This document shows positions 33,439 through 41,914 of a stretch of 64,000 bases of DNA, piece by piece. The first letter of the stretch is position 1. The number at the start of each line of letters is the position of its first letter. Under the pieces are notes generated by a model, which searched no databases, was not told the origin of the DNA, and was given only the letters and a program-made list of their open reading frames with translations. This DNA comes from Candidatus Poribacteria bacterium (GTDB taxonomy: Bacteria > Poribacteria > WGA-4E > WGA-3G): contig OZ240248.1 of the NCBI GenBank assembly GCA_965198235.1, positions 1,248,001 through 1,312,000 of the forward strand. Direction: 5' to 3'. Made by a program: the position numbers and the translations under genes.

Positions 33439-34293
33439 TCAATTTTCTTTGACTGGAATCGTATAACCGAATGCCTCCGATATCCTTGCTACAAAAGTCT
33501 TATCGTGTGGATCGACTGCCCGGTACCAGGCAATTAGGTAATCTGCAAGTTTGTCCGAAGAATTCGGTAATTTACGGATAGCGTTCCATCCATTAGGAAT
33601 CTTCTCGAAGATGGGTAGTAGCTGATATACTACCAACTTTTGATTATTTCTCTGCTCTCTTTCATCAATAGGACTTTCACGTAACTCATTTTCGCGTAAC
33701 GATAGCCAACTATGAAGGAATATGCCTTCGGGTAGCTGTGCTTCTTGATTATTAAGCAAGTTTTTCCAATAGTCCCTTAATGCCACTGCGTAATCAGTGC
33801 GCTTTGGGAATGCTGGATGAGTAAGCCATCGTTGGGCCATACGCCGAATGGTAAATACAGATGCGAGTTCACAAAGTGATTCATGAAACCAATTATTTGG
33901 ATTTTCTTTAAGGTTTTCATATCCCAACAGAACATGGCAAAATTCGTGAGCAAACTGGTACGCAAATTTGCACCAAAAATCATCTCGAGCAGAGATCCAG
34001 ATGGTATATGGTTCCTCTGGTGATGAACGATATAAAACCTTAGGATGATCGACTTGTGAAGGAACCACCTGAATTTTTTCATGAAAAGGAACCCAGAGCA
34101 ATCGGTTAATGTGAAAAGCGGTGTCTTGTAATAATGCAGCAATCTCGTTAGGTTGAATATTGCCCCAATCAGCCTGTGATACATGAAGTTGTATCTTAAG
34201 CATCTGCTTGTTTCCAGTCCGATGCACCTTAGTCTGCCTTTTTTTAGTTCGTTTTTTTGTGAGATGTCTAGCAGTGTCGCGTTTTTTAGCCAC
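33439..34293 (-). CDS. Uncharacterised zincin-type (HExxH) protein, last gene of the CBASS-like operon
   Basis: YQFAHEFCHV followed by WFHESLCELAS; co-oriented, 46 bp after the upstream gene. Confidence 0.6.
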   Translation of the reverse strand: MAKKRDTARHLTKKRTKKRQTKVHRTGNKQMLKIQLHVSQADWGNIQPNEIAALLQDTAFHINRLLWVPFHEKIQVVPSQVDHPKVLYRSSPEEPYTIWISARDDFWCKFAYQFAHEFCHVLLGYENLKENPNNWFHESLCELASVFTIRRMAQRWLTHPAFPKRTDYAVALRDYWKNLLNNQEAQLPEGIFLHSWLSLRENELRESPIDEREQRNNQKLVVYQLLPIFEKIPNGWNAIRKLPNSSDKLADYLIAWYRAVDPHDKTFVARISEAFGYTIPVKEN

Positions 34294-34339
34294 TACATTT
34301 CCTCCTATCGAAACATACCACGTTACTAATGGATGCTTG

Positions 34340-35059
34340 TTAGGGGTTACTTCCCTTTAGGAGCAGTCTTAGAAATTCATCCTCATTGAAGTGACATTCT
34401 TTGTACTTCTTGCCGCTTCGACACGAACACGATCTGTTCAGATAATGTTTTATAGGTTCAACGTCGTTGAAGTGACATCTTTTGTACTTCTTGCCACTAC
34501 CACAAGGACATAAGTCGTTTCTACCGAGATTGGACTTCGCGTAATTGATCATTTCAGCAAAGTACTCTTTGATCCCTTCGGCACCATGCGAGTACTCTTC
34601 CCAATGGTCATTGCTACTTATATCAGTTCCAAATTTTTCCACGTAAGAAAGACGGTAAAGAAATGGAATCACGCGTTCGTGAAAGAAGGGTTCAATTCTA
34701 AAGGTTCGGTTATCGGGGGATTTAATACCTAGGCAACAACTATTATCCTCCGGATTGATGTGCAAATCAATAATCTCACTATTACAATTTTCAGCGATTT
34801 CTTGATACCTTTTGCCGACTTCATACACTTTCGGCCATCCGTTCATATCTAAGTCGCCTAAGCAAATCTCAACTTCGTAAACGTCGCGAATCAAGAAATC
34901 CATTTCATCAGCAAGATTACCAATTATTACTTCCTGTGATTTGTCATCGTACGCAGCACAGAAATCGAGTTCACCTACGATTTTTTGGGATTTTTCGTCG
35001 TATTGTAGGTTAGGAAAATGCACTTTTAACCATTGGATTTCATCATTGTTGATCTTCAT
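34340..35059 (-). CDS. Prokaryotic E2 (UBC-like) domain plus two SEC-C zinc-binding motifs
   Basis: WPKVYE, DLHINPEDNSCCLG (UBC H-x-N...C-L like), GRNDLCPCGSGKKYKRCH and CSCRSGKKYKECH; ATG 35059 matches the paralogue start. Confidence 0.7.
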   Translation of the reverse strand: MKINNDEIQWLKVHFPNLQYDEKSQKIVGELDFCAAYDDKSQEVIIGNLADEMDFLIRDVYEVEICLGDLDMNGWPKVYEVGKRYQEIAENCNSEIIDLHINPEDNSCCLGIKSPDNRTFRIEPFFHERVIPFLYRLSYVEKFGTDISSNDHWEEYSHGAEGIKEYFAEMINYAKSNLGRNDLCPCGSGKKYKRCHFNDVEPIKHYLNRSCSCRSGKKYKECHFNEDEFLRLLLKGSNP

Positions 35060-35066
35060 AGCAAAA

Positions 35067-36035
35067 TCACCTTGCGTATAACTTCGGAGCACTTACTATT
35101 ACCGGAGCAGATTTCTTATTCCCGTTATCGTCTTTAAGTTCTCCGAAATTCTCACCAAACAACTTTCTCCACTTTCTGACGCTGGTATTGTGATCTTTGG
35201 CATCAAAAGCTTCGTTTATCTTAGAGTTGTAAAGATCGAACATTTCCCGGAAATGACGATATTTGTCTTGGTCCCAATGTCTGGTGAAACTTTCTGTGGA
35301 TAGGACTGGATTGCAAATTTCGGGCATTGAGATATTAGCCTGCAAAAAATTGTTTATCCGGTTTGAAATCGTTTTTAAAGACGTTGGAATGTCCTTAAAA
35401 TCTTCGCCCCATTCGTCACTGGAATAAACGCTGTTCCCAATGAGCGTGGTCAGGAGGATTGATTTCACGGAAAAGTTTCCTTTATGGTCACGAAGAAATT
35501 TTAACAACCGCGTATCCCGCTTTAGGTTTCCATTGGTGATTCTCGTTTTCTCGTTGAACCAATCTCTATAACCGGTGCCGTCGGTGAGTTCAAATTTATT
35601 TTCCTTGTTATTGCATATAAAATACTCTTCCTCTTGCGTAAGCCAATTCTGTTGTGTAATACATGGCACAAGATCTAGGTGAAAGTCGCCGGCATAATCG
35701 ATATAGACACATCTGGTTCTTCTATGTACCTTATCCTTATAATTGTCGTTTCCTTTCAAACAATCATAGACATCATTGATGTAGTCCTTCGGTTCTTTCT
35801 CCTCATCGTACGCCATGTACAAGAGTAGATCTGCGTCATATTCACGGGTGCCGACCGGTTTGATGATTGTTTTCAAACCGTAAGATCCTTGTCGTTCCGT
35901 TTTTTCGTATAAATCTAAATTTCCGCTCAGGAACGTATCCACAGCTGAGGAACTACTATCCAATCTTTGAAGTCTCGTTGGATTGAGGTTAACCTCTTCG
36001 GAAAGGAAATCTTGGAAATACGTTATATGCTTCAT
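35067..36035 (-). CDS. CD-NTase (cGAS/DncV-like, SMODS) cyclase 2, intact
   Basis: QGSY...YDADL, RC-x-x-I-x-YA, FHLDLVP, LLK-x-LRD, SILLTTL, NPV; ends APKLYAR. Confidence 0.85.
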   Translation of the reverse strand: MKHITYFQDFLSEEVNLNPTRLQRLDSSSSAVDTFLSGNLDLYEKTERQGSYGLKTIIKPVGTREYDADLLLYMAYDEEKEPKDYINDVYDCLKGNDNYKDKVHRRTRCVYIDYAGDFHLDLVPCITQQNWLTQEEEYFICNNKENKFELTDGTGYRDWFNEKTRITNGNLKRDTRLLKFLRDHKGNFSVKSILLTTLIGNSVYSSDEWGEDFKDIPTSLKTISNRINNFLQANISMPEICNPVLSTESFTRHWDQDKYRHFREMFDLYNSKINEAFDAKDHNTSVRKWRKLFGENFGELKDDNGNKKSAPVIVSAPKLYAR

Positions 36036-36133
36036 TGGTCTATTTCTCCTTGTCTATCAGACTGAATAAAAAAATTAAAAATTCACATAAAATCTGTCGC
36101 TATCCGATTTTTGGATGTTAACGGGGCTAATTT

Positions 36134-37078
36134 TCATTTGTGCAATTTGTGAAAAGGCTTAAATGATTCAGCAGGATTACCCAAAAAAACCTCGCGAAGT
36201 TTAGGCAACTCATGGCGCGCTTGAAAAGCCCCCATACCTTTCAAGGAGTCAATTTCCTCTATTCCATCCAAACTAAATTTTCCTTCGGACACGTCTTCGT
36301 CAACTCTGATAACATTATCATGTCCTGCAAGAAGTTGTGCTGTTCCGAAAGACGCACTGGATTGGGCATGCATGAATACGTCAAAAAGCTTGAATGCCCA
36401 GTATGGTTTACCGAGTGGAGTTCTTCTTCCTTTGTTAACATTAAGTGGCTCGGTCGTGCAACCTAAACTCAAGACCTTCAGAGAATTCCTCGGCCAGTCA
36501 AGCACTGTAATTGCCTCAACAACAGCCATCCCTACGGGATTATTTGCCCATATGCCTCCATCTATCAAAGGGATTCCAACGGACGACTGATGAGTGGGAA
36601 AGTAAGTTGGAGCAGCTGCCGTTGCCAAAGCTACATCAACTACCCTTTCCTTATAGTCCATTTCTAATCGTGGATGATGAGCTGTTTTGTAGATGTAAAC
36701 TTTGCCATTTTCGAGATTTAACGACGGAATGACAAGTCGTTTTTTGCTATCACCTAATTTCTTATCACCAAAACAGGTTTCTAATGCCTTTTGAAGCGGG
36801 GCACTACTGTACTTGGTAGTACCCGGCCACCTGAACCAACGGTTTCCGTTGGTTCCACCAAAGATGACGGGACCAAATTCTTCGTAAAATGTCAATATTT
36901 CCTTAGCGGATAATCCCAATCCGAGCCCCAAAGCGATAATTCCACCTGTAGAGGTGCCGACGATCAGATCGAAATAATCTGCTATATTGCCTTCGATTGA
37001 ATTATCAACAGTAGCGAGAAAAGATGCTGGGCATACACCCTTAATCCCTCCCCCGTCGATTGTTAGGATACGTTTCAT
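36134..37078 (-). CDS. CBASS patatin-like phospholipase effector (CapV-like)
   Basis: IDGGGIKG, GTSTG, AAPTYF, DGG-x-WANNP; AAGGAGG RBS before ATG 37078. Confidence 0.9.
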   Translation of the reverse strand: MKRILTIDGGGIKGVCPASFLATVDNSIEGNIADYFDLIVGTSTGGIIALGLGLGLSAKEILTFYEEFGPVIFGGTNGNRWFRWPGTTKYSSAPLQKALETCFGDKKLGDSKKRLVIPSLNLENGKVYIYKTAHHPRLEMDYKERVVDVALATAAAPTYFPTHQSSVGIPLIDGGIWANNPVGMAVVEAITVLDWPRNSLKVLSLGCTTEPLNVNKGRRTPLGKPYWAFKLFDVFMHAQSSASFGTAQLLAGHDNVIRVDEDVSEGKFSLDGIEEIDSLKGMGAFQARHELPKLREVFLGNPAESFKPFHKLHK

Positions 37079-37157
37079 TGTGCCCTCCTTAATTCCGAAA
37101 AAATTACTTTCTGTTTTTACTTGAAAGTTGTTTTCTGATACAATGTTTTCATAGGTA

Positions 37158-38327
37158 TTAGTTAATTTTGAGCACCCTTCTGAATCTATCCTGACTATCA
37201 TCATATTCATATACGAAAATCTCAGGATCTGATTTTGGCAGAAGAACCCGACCACACTCAACTGCAATTGGTGCTGGAACTGCTGGGATAATAGAGATTT
37301 GGCAAGAGTCTCCATGCGTAGATTGAATCTCGTTCAGCAATTTCCTGTATTCGCGACTGAACCCTTCTAACTGTTTACGGGATTTCAAAAAATATATAGA
37401 AGGTTCTTCAATAGTTATCTCATAAATGCTAAAACCTTCCGATTCCAACCTTTCATACCGATCACTATCAATTTTGTCACTTAGAGACAATACGACTGCA
37501 ACGTTTCTGCTGTTCTTATTGGTGTGATGAGAATTCACGACATAGCACGTTTCTGTGTCTTGTTCCTCCTCCGACCAAGACCAAGTTTGGTTTGTGTCAT
37601 CAATATTTCTGTGTGACTGGTATAAATCTGCTGGAACAGTATCACCTATGCACTTTCCCAAGAACATTAATAGAGGCATGGGACCAATGGCGAATACGGA
37701 AAGGTGTTTAATCTTTTTTTCATCTATTCCTTCCTCAAAGGACCACTTAACTTTTCGCTGAATCTCACTCGCAAAAGCCTGCCAGTACTCTGCATCGTTG
37801 TGACCATTAAAATTGTTCTTGGCGATACTAATTCCTTTTTCATCAGTCGGATATTTGGGAAACATTGCATTACGATATGCCTCGGGGTTAATCGGAACAA
37901 TTCTATCACCTATATTCACGGAGAATAATAGGACGGTAGATTTGTGAATATCCTCTGGATATCTGGTTTGAATTTCAATTCTAACCTCATGCTTCCATTT
38001 CCACTCGCTCAACAACTCTGGTGGATATTTGTCGGGTTTATCATCAATTTCCTTATGGCATTGTTGGCACAGCAGCATGAGATTAGAGAATTCAATTTGT
38101 AGATTCGCAGACTCTTCATTGCCTCTTGGACCGTCTTGACTCACGGGAATGATATGAGCTACCTCCCCAAAATTTCCATCGGTTAACGTCAGGTCATTAC
38201 GCCAAACAAGTTTGTTACAGCCACTAAATTCACAACGCCCTGCTGATTTCCCAAACAATTTCAACTTAGTATGTAGGGGAACATTTTTACGGGTAATCTT
38301 GGGTTTTACATTTCTTCTAATAGTCAT
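37158..38327 (-). CDS. CBASS HNH endonuclease-SAVED effector (Cap5-like architecture)
   Basis: GRCEFSGC, AHI...GPRG, NLMLLCQQCHKEID HNH; C-terminal SAVED (SVFAIGPMP, LSLS, PA-x-PAP-x-AV-x-x-GR-x-x-x-PK). Confidence 0.88.
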   Translation of the reverse strand: MTIRRNVKPKITRKNVPLHTKLKLFGKSAGRCEFSGCNKLVWRNDLTLTDGNFGEVAHIIPVSQDGPRGNEESANLQIEFSNLMLLCQQCHKEIDDKPDKYPPELLSEWKWKHEVRIEIQTRYPEDIHKSTVLLFSVNIGDRIVPINPEAYRNAMFPKYPTDEKGISIAKNNFNGHNDAEYWQAFASEIQRKVKWSFEEGIDEKKIKHLSVFAIGPMPLLMFLGKCIGDTVPADLYQSHRNIDDTNQTWSWSEEEQDTETCYVVNSHHTNKNSRNVAVVLSLSDKIDSDRYERLESEGFSIYEITIEEPSIYFLKSRKQLEGFSREYRKLLNEIQSTHGDSCQISIIPAVPAPIAVECGRVLLPKSDPEIFVYEYDDSQDRFRRVLKIN

Positions 38328-38435
38328 GGGTTCGATCTCCTTATTTCCTATTATGATAGAGTTAGATTCTAACTATTCGTTGGATGATGCTAATGCTTGT
38401 GATTTGAATGATACGTAGACCTAACAGGCTTACCT

Positions 38436-39098
38436 CTAAGGTCTCCGACGAGTTATAGCATCAGGTGTTGTTTCCCTTATACGCCGTTTTACAGCTTCAA
38501 CTTGATCCATGTGGCATTTTTTATACTTTTTGTCGCTTCCACAAGGACATAAATCGTTTCTGTTAGGTTGGTGCTTTGCTAAATTTAACATTTCAACTTC
38601 ATATTCTGCCCGCCCTTTTTCGCCATGGGAATATTCGCCCCAAAGGTCATTACGGCTAGCGTCAATCCCAAATTTCTCTGTGTAAGAGAGTTGATAAAAA
38701 AATGGAATTACTAATTCAGGAAGGAAATCTTTGATGTGAAAATTCCTGTTACCCCCGTATTTGAGACTTAAGCAACACGTACTGTCATCTGGGTTAATGT
38801 GTAAATCTATGACTTCAACGTTGCACTTTTTTGCAATTTGATGATACCGTCCACCGACCTCATAAACCTTTGGCCATCCGTTTTCATCTAAATTGGCCAA
38901 GTGGATTTCAATCTCGAAAACGTCATAAATAAATCGCGCCATTTCTCTGGCATGGTCACCAATTCTCAACTCTCCTGACTCCCTATTATACGCTGTACGG
39001 ATGTCAAGTTCCCCTACGATTTTTGAGGAACTTGACTCGTATTGTAAACCCGGGAGATGTGACTCTAACCATTCGATTTCGTTAGCGGTTAGTTTCAT
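38436..39098 (-). CDS. Prokaryotic E2 (UBC-like) domain plus one SEC-C motif
   Basis: Paralogue of 34340-35059: WPKVYEVGGR, DLHINPDDSTCCL, WGEYSHG, RNDLCPCGSDKKYKKCH. Confidence 0.7.
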   Translation of the reverse strand: MKLTANEIEWLESHLPGLQYESSSSKIVGELDIRTAYNRESGELRIGDHAREMARFIYDVFEIEIHLANLDENGWPKVYEVGGRYHQIAKKCNVEVIDLHINPDDSTCCLSLKYGGNRNFHIKDFLPELVIPFFYQLSYTEKFGIDASRNDLWGEYSHGEKGRAEYEVEMLNLAKHQPNRNDLCPCGSDKKYKKCHMDQVEAVKRRIRETTPDAITRRRP

Positions 39099-39702
39099 GG
39101 CTGAAATTACCGTGCATAGGATTTACTGGGCACTACTGTTGCTGACAGAGTAGAGGCAGGACGACTTATTCTGTCGGGAACGCCTCGTAGTCCCTCATTG
39201 ATAGCTTGCTCACCCAAGCAAGGTTTTAGTGATTTTCCAACACTCTGAATATCACTCATGCCTAAAGCTTGGGTCAGATCATACTGTGCCTGCTTAAGCC
39301 ATTCCATGAAACACGTTTTTCGAATCGGATACTCTTGCCATTTGTCGGCGAAGTTTTCAAGTGGATTCACCGGATTACGTATAAGTGCCACATCATTGTT
39401 AGAATACTCAATATGACACGGCATTTCTGTGACAATCTTCAACAAAGCTTTTTGAAGATCTGCCTCATTGTCGTAGGCGTGGGCAGCGAGTGTTGTGATG
39501 ATGATAGAGATCGGTTTTGCATTTTTGTCATAGACTGATTGGTTCTTGTCAAACCAGATATCGCGGTGCCGCTTCAATATCTGAATTGACCGCTGAAGTG
39601 GGGTCTTCACTTTATATTCCGGAACATCATCAACCTGTCTTTGGATTAGGGACTTTTGAATGGCGTCGAACCTTGTTTGCATGCGACTTTGAAACCATTC
39701 TG

Positions 39703-40945
39703 TGAAGTGCATACGCTTATTTAGACCACAATTTCGCAAAGTTAAGATAAGGTTTGTCGTTGAAATTCCATAGGAGTCAAATACCCTAACGCCGAATGCG
39801 GGCGTTTCTGATGATACACCTGTGTGATAAAATGTCCGATGCGATCTCTCGCCTCGGTGATGCTTTGATAGTCATTGATGTGAACTTCTTCCTCTTTGAG
39901 CGTGCGAATGAGTCTTTCCGCATATCCGTTCTCCCAAGGCCGTCCGCGCTGTGCGACGGAAATCTCAACGCCATGTTCTTGGAGCGTTGTGATGTAGGCA
40001 CTTGAAAGATACTGCACGCCTTGATCGGAATGATGAATCTCAGGGACGCTGTGGCGTAATGCTTCTTTGAGCGGTTTGAGCGTCAGAGATTGGTTCAAGT
40101 GCTGACTGATCTGCCAAGCTTTGATGATTCGGGTGAAAACATCCATGAGCAGGCAGACATAGATGAAACGTCCATTGAGACGAACATAGGTAATATCAGA
40201 CACCCAGACCTGATCCTGACGAGAGACCTCAAGGGTTTCGAGCAGGTTGCTCCAAGGTTTTTCACCCTGAAGCGATTTTGTTGTTTGACACGCACGCTTG
40301 ACAGTGACCAAAAGATTCCTATTTTTCATCAATCGTGCGACGCGTCGGGTCCCAACGGTGTGTCCCATACGCAGTAGCAACTGCGTGATACGCCTATACC
40401 CGTATCTCGGATACCGTCCCGCAAGCGTCTCTATTTCCGATCGTAGCAGATCTTCGGACGGATCCTCTTGGGGGTGATAATAGAAACTGCTGCGGTTGAA
40501 ACCGAGTGTTTCACAAATCTCTCGCACGGAATACTCCTTGTGCAATGCCGAAATGAGGCTTCGCTTTTCGGATAAGGTCATTTCAACCAATCCAAAGCTT
40601 TTTTTTGGATGTCTAATGCCACGGTTAATCTCCCAACAAGCTGCTCAAGATGGGCGATACGCTTCTCGGAAACCTCACTCGACTGCTTATCAGTAGAGTC
40701 AAACAGCGTCGACGCATTTTCAAGCAACTGTCGCTTCCACTGTGAGAGTTGATTTTCGTTGAGATTATGTCGTCGACACACTTCTGCTTGGGAAGTCGCA
40801 CCGCTGAGGACTTCAAGAACAACTTCAGCTTTAAACTCAGGCGTGAATTTTCTTCGTTTCGCCATCGGATAACTCCTTTCTAATGAGATTGTATTGTAGC
40901 ACAATCTTCCTTTAGGGAGTGGTCTAAAAAACCGTAGGCAGTACA
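39703..40945 (-). mobile_element. IS3-family insertion sequence (1243 bp) with 3-bp TSD
   Basis: TG...CA imperfect TIRs TGTACTGCCTACGGTTTTTTAGACCAC / TGAAGTGCATACGCTTATTTAGACCAC; CTG duplicated at 39700-39702 and 40946-40948. Confidence 0.92.
39742..40865 (-). CDS. IS3 transposase, OrfA (40865-40578) joined to OrfB (rve DDE) by a -1 frameshift
   Basis: RRKFTPEFK HTH; A8G slippery run at 40606-40598; YGYRRI, W-x-x-DITY, HHSDQG-x-QY, ENG-x-x-ER. Confidence 0.9.
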
Positions 40946-41642
40946 CTGCATACCCTTTTGGATTACTATGGGGCCAATCAAGGTCGATCTTACAGTAGTT
41001 AGGTAGCGTATTATCCGTAATTGCAATTACTAAATCTGACCAGTTAGAGGGTGAGTAACCTCTTGATTTAAGGGATAGTTTGAATGGTTCAGCGTCTGGG
41101 ATCGCAGGCAATATATCCGCGTGGAACTGAGCACCATCTGCGTAATTCAGTGTCCAGCAGCGTCTGCTCTCTTCCGGTCGGGAATTCATGTTGTTAGCAT
41201 GGGCATAAGACTTGATTTCATGACCAACTAAATACTTTAGTCTTTCTTGGCTGACTTCAGTTTTTTGAAGGCTCAACTCGCTGACAAGGTCTATGTCATA
41301 CTCCTCAGCACCAGAAATGGGTTTTGTAACCGTGCCAATCAGAAAAGAACCTTGTGGATAAATATCAGGACTATAGCAAGTAACTATAGATTCATCCCGT
41401 TCGAGCCATGCACCAATGGATTCGTAGCGTTTTACGGCTTGTTCATAGTGATGTTCGGGGATGTCCAATGCTTCAGATATAGCCTCAAGTAGTGAGGTGA
41501 AATTATACATGGGAGAATTCTCCTTCATTTTTAGGTTGGTTCGCGAGAGTGCGAACTCGATTATCATGAGTGGATTGGTTTCTACTTTGCCAGTTCATTG
41601 CAAATCCTCCTATTTGATATTGTAGGAAAGATATATGTGTAT

Positions 41643-41671
41643 ATAATACCATCAATTAATTCACATGTCAA
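41643..41671 (-). promoter_or_regulatory. sigma70 promoter of the CBASS operon
   Basis: Minus strand TTGACA (41671-41666), 17 bp, TATTAT (41648-41643), in an AT-rich divergent intergenic region. Confidence 0.7.
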
Positions 41672-41914
41672 GGAAAATTTAAATTTTTACTACTTTTTCT
41701 CTGAAATACATATATTTTTAAATTTTTCACATATATATTAATTTTTAATGTATAGATGAAAATTATATTATTAATAATAGTCGATAATAAAACAGATGTG
41801 AAGAAATTAGGTAAATTCCGTAAAAATCGAACGTGTTTTTTGTCTTTACTTAAAAGTTTGTTTTCTGATATACTATATTTGCATGTGTATTATCATTGGG
41901 GAGGAACAACTGTC

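Larger units (their letters stand above)
39107..41510 (-). pseudogene. CD-NTase cyclase 1 (CdnD-like motifs), interrupted by an IS3 element; 385 aa when reconstituted
   Basis: YPQGSF-x-IGT, YDIDLV, RRCWTL-x-Y, FH-x-DILP, SNPKGYA|EWF across the IS, TPLQR-x-IQILKRHRD, PISIIITTL, ENFADKW; ends PSKSYAR. Confidence 0.88.

Noticed and set aside
37079-37315. N-terminal extension of the patatin ORF
   Set aside because: It overlaps the SAVED gene; a strong RBS and the family N-terminus place the start at 37078.
39107-39739. 210-aa ORF as an independent gene
   Set aside because: It is the C-terminal half of cyclase 1, with its apparent start inside the IS end.
40578-41567. 329-aa ORF as a novel nucleotidyltransferase-HTH protein
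   Set aside because: It is the cyclase N-terminus read into IS3 OrfA; TIRs and TSD define the junction.
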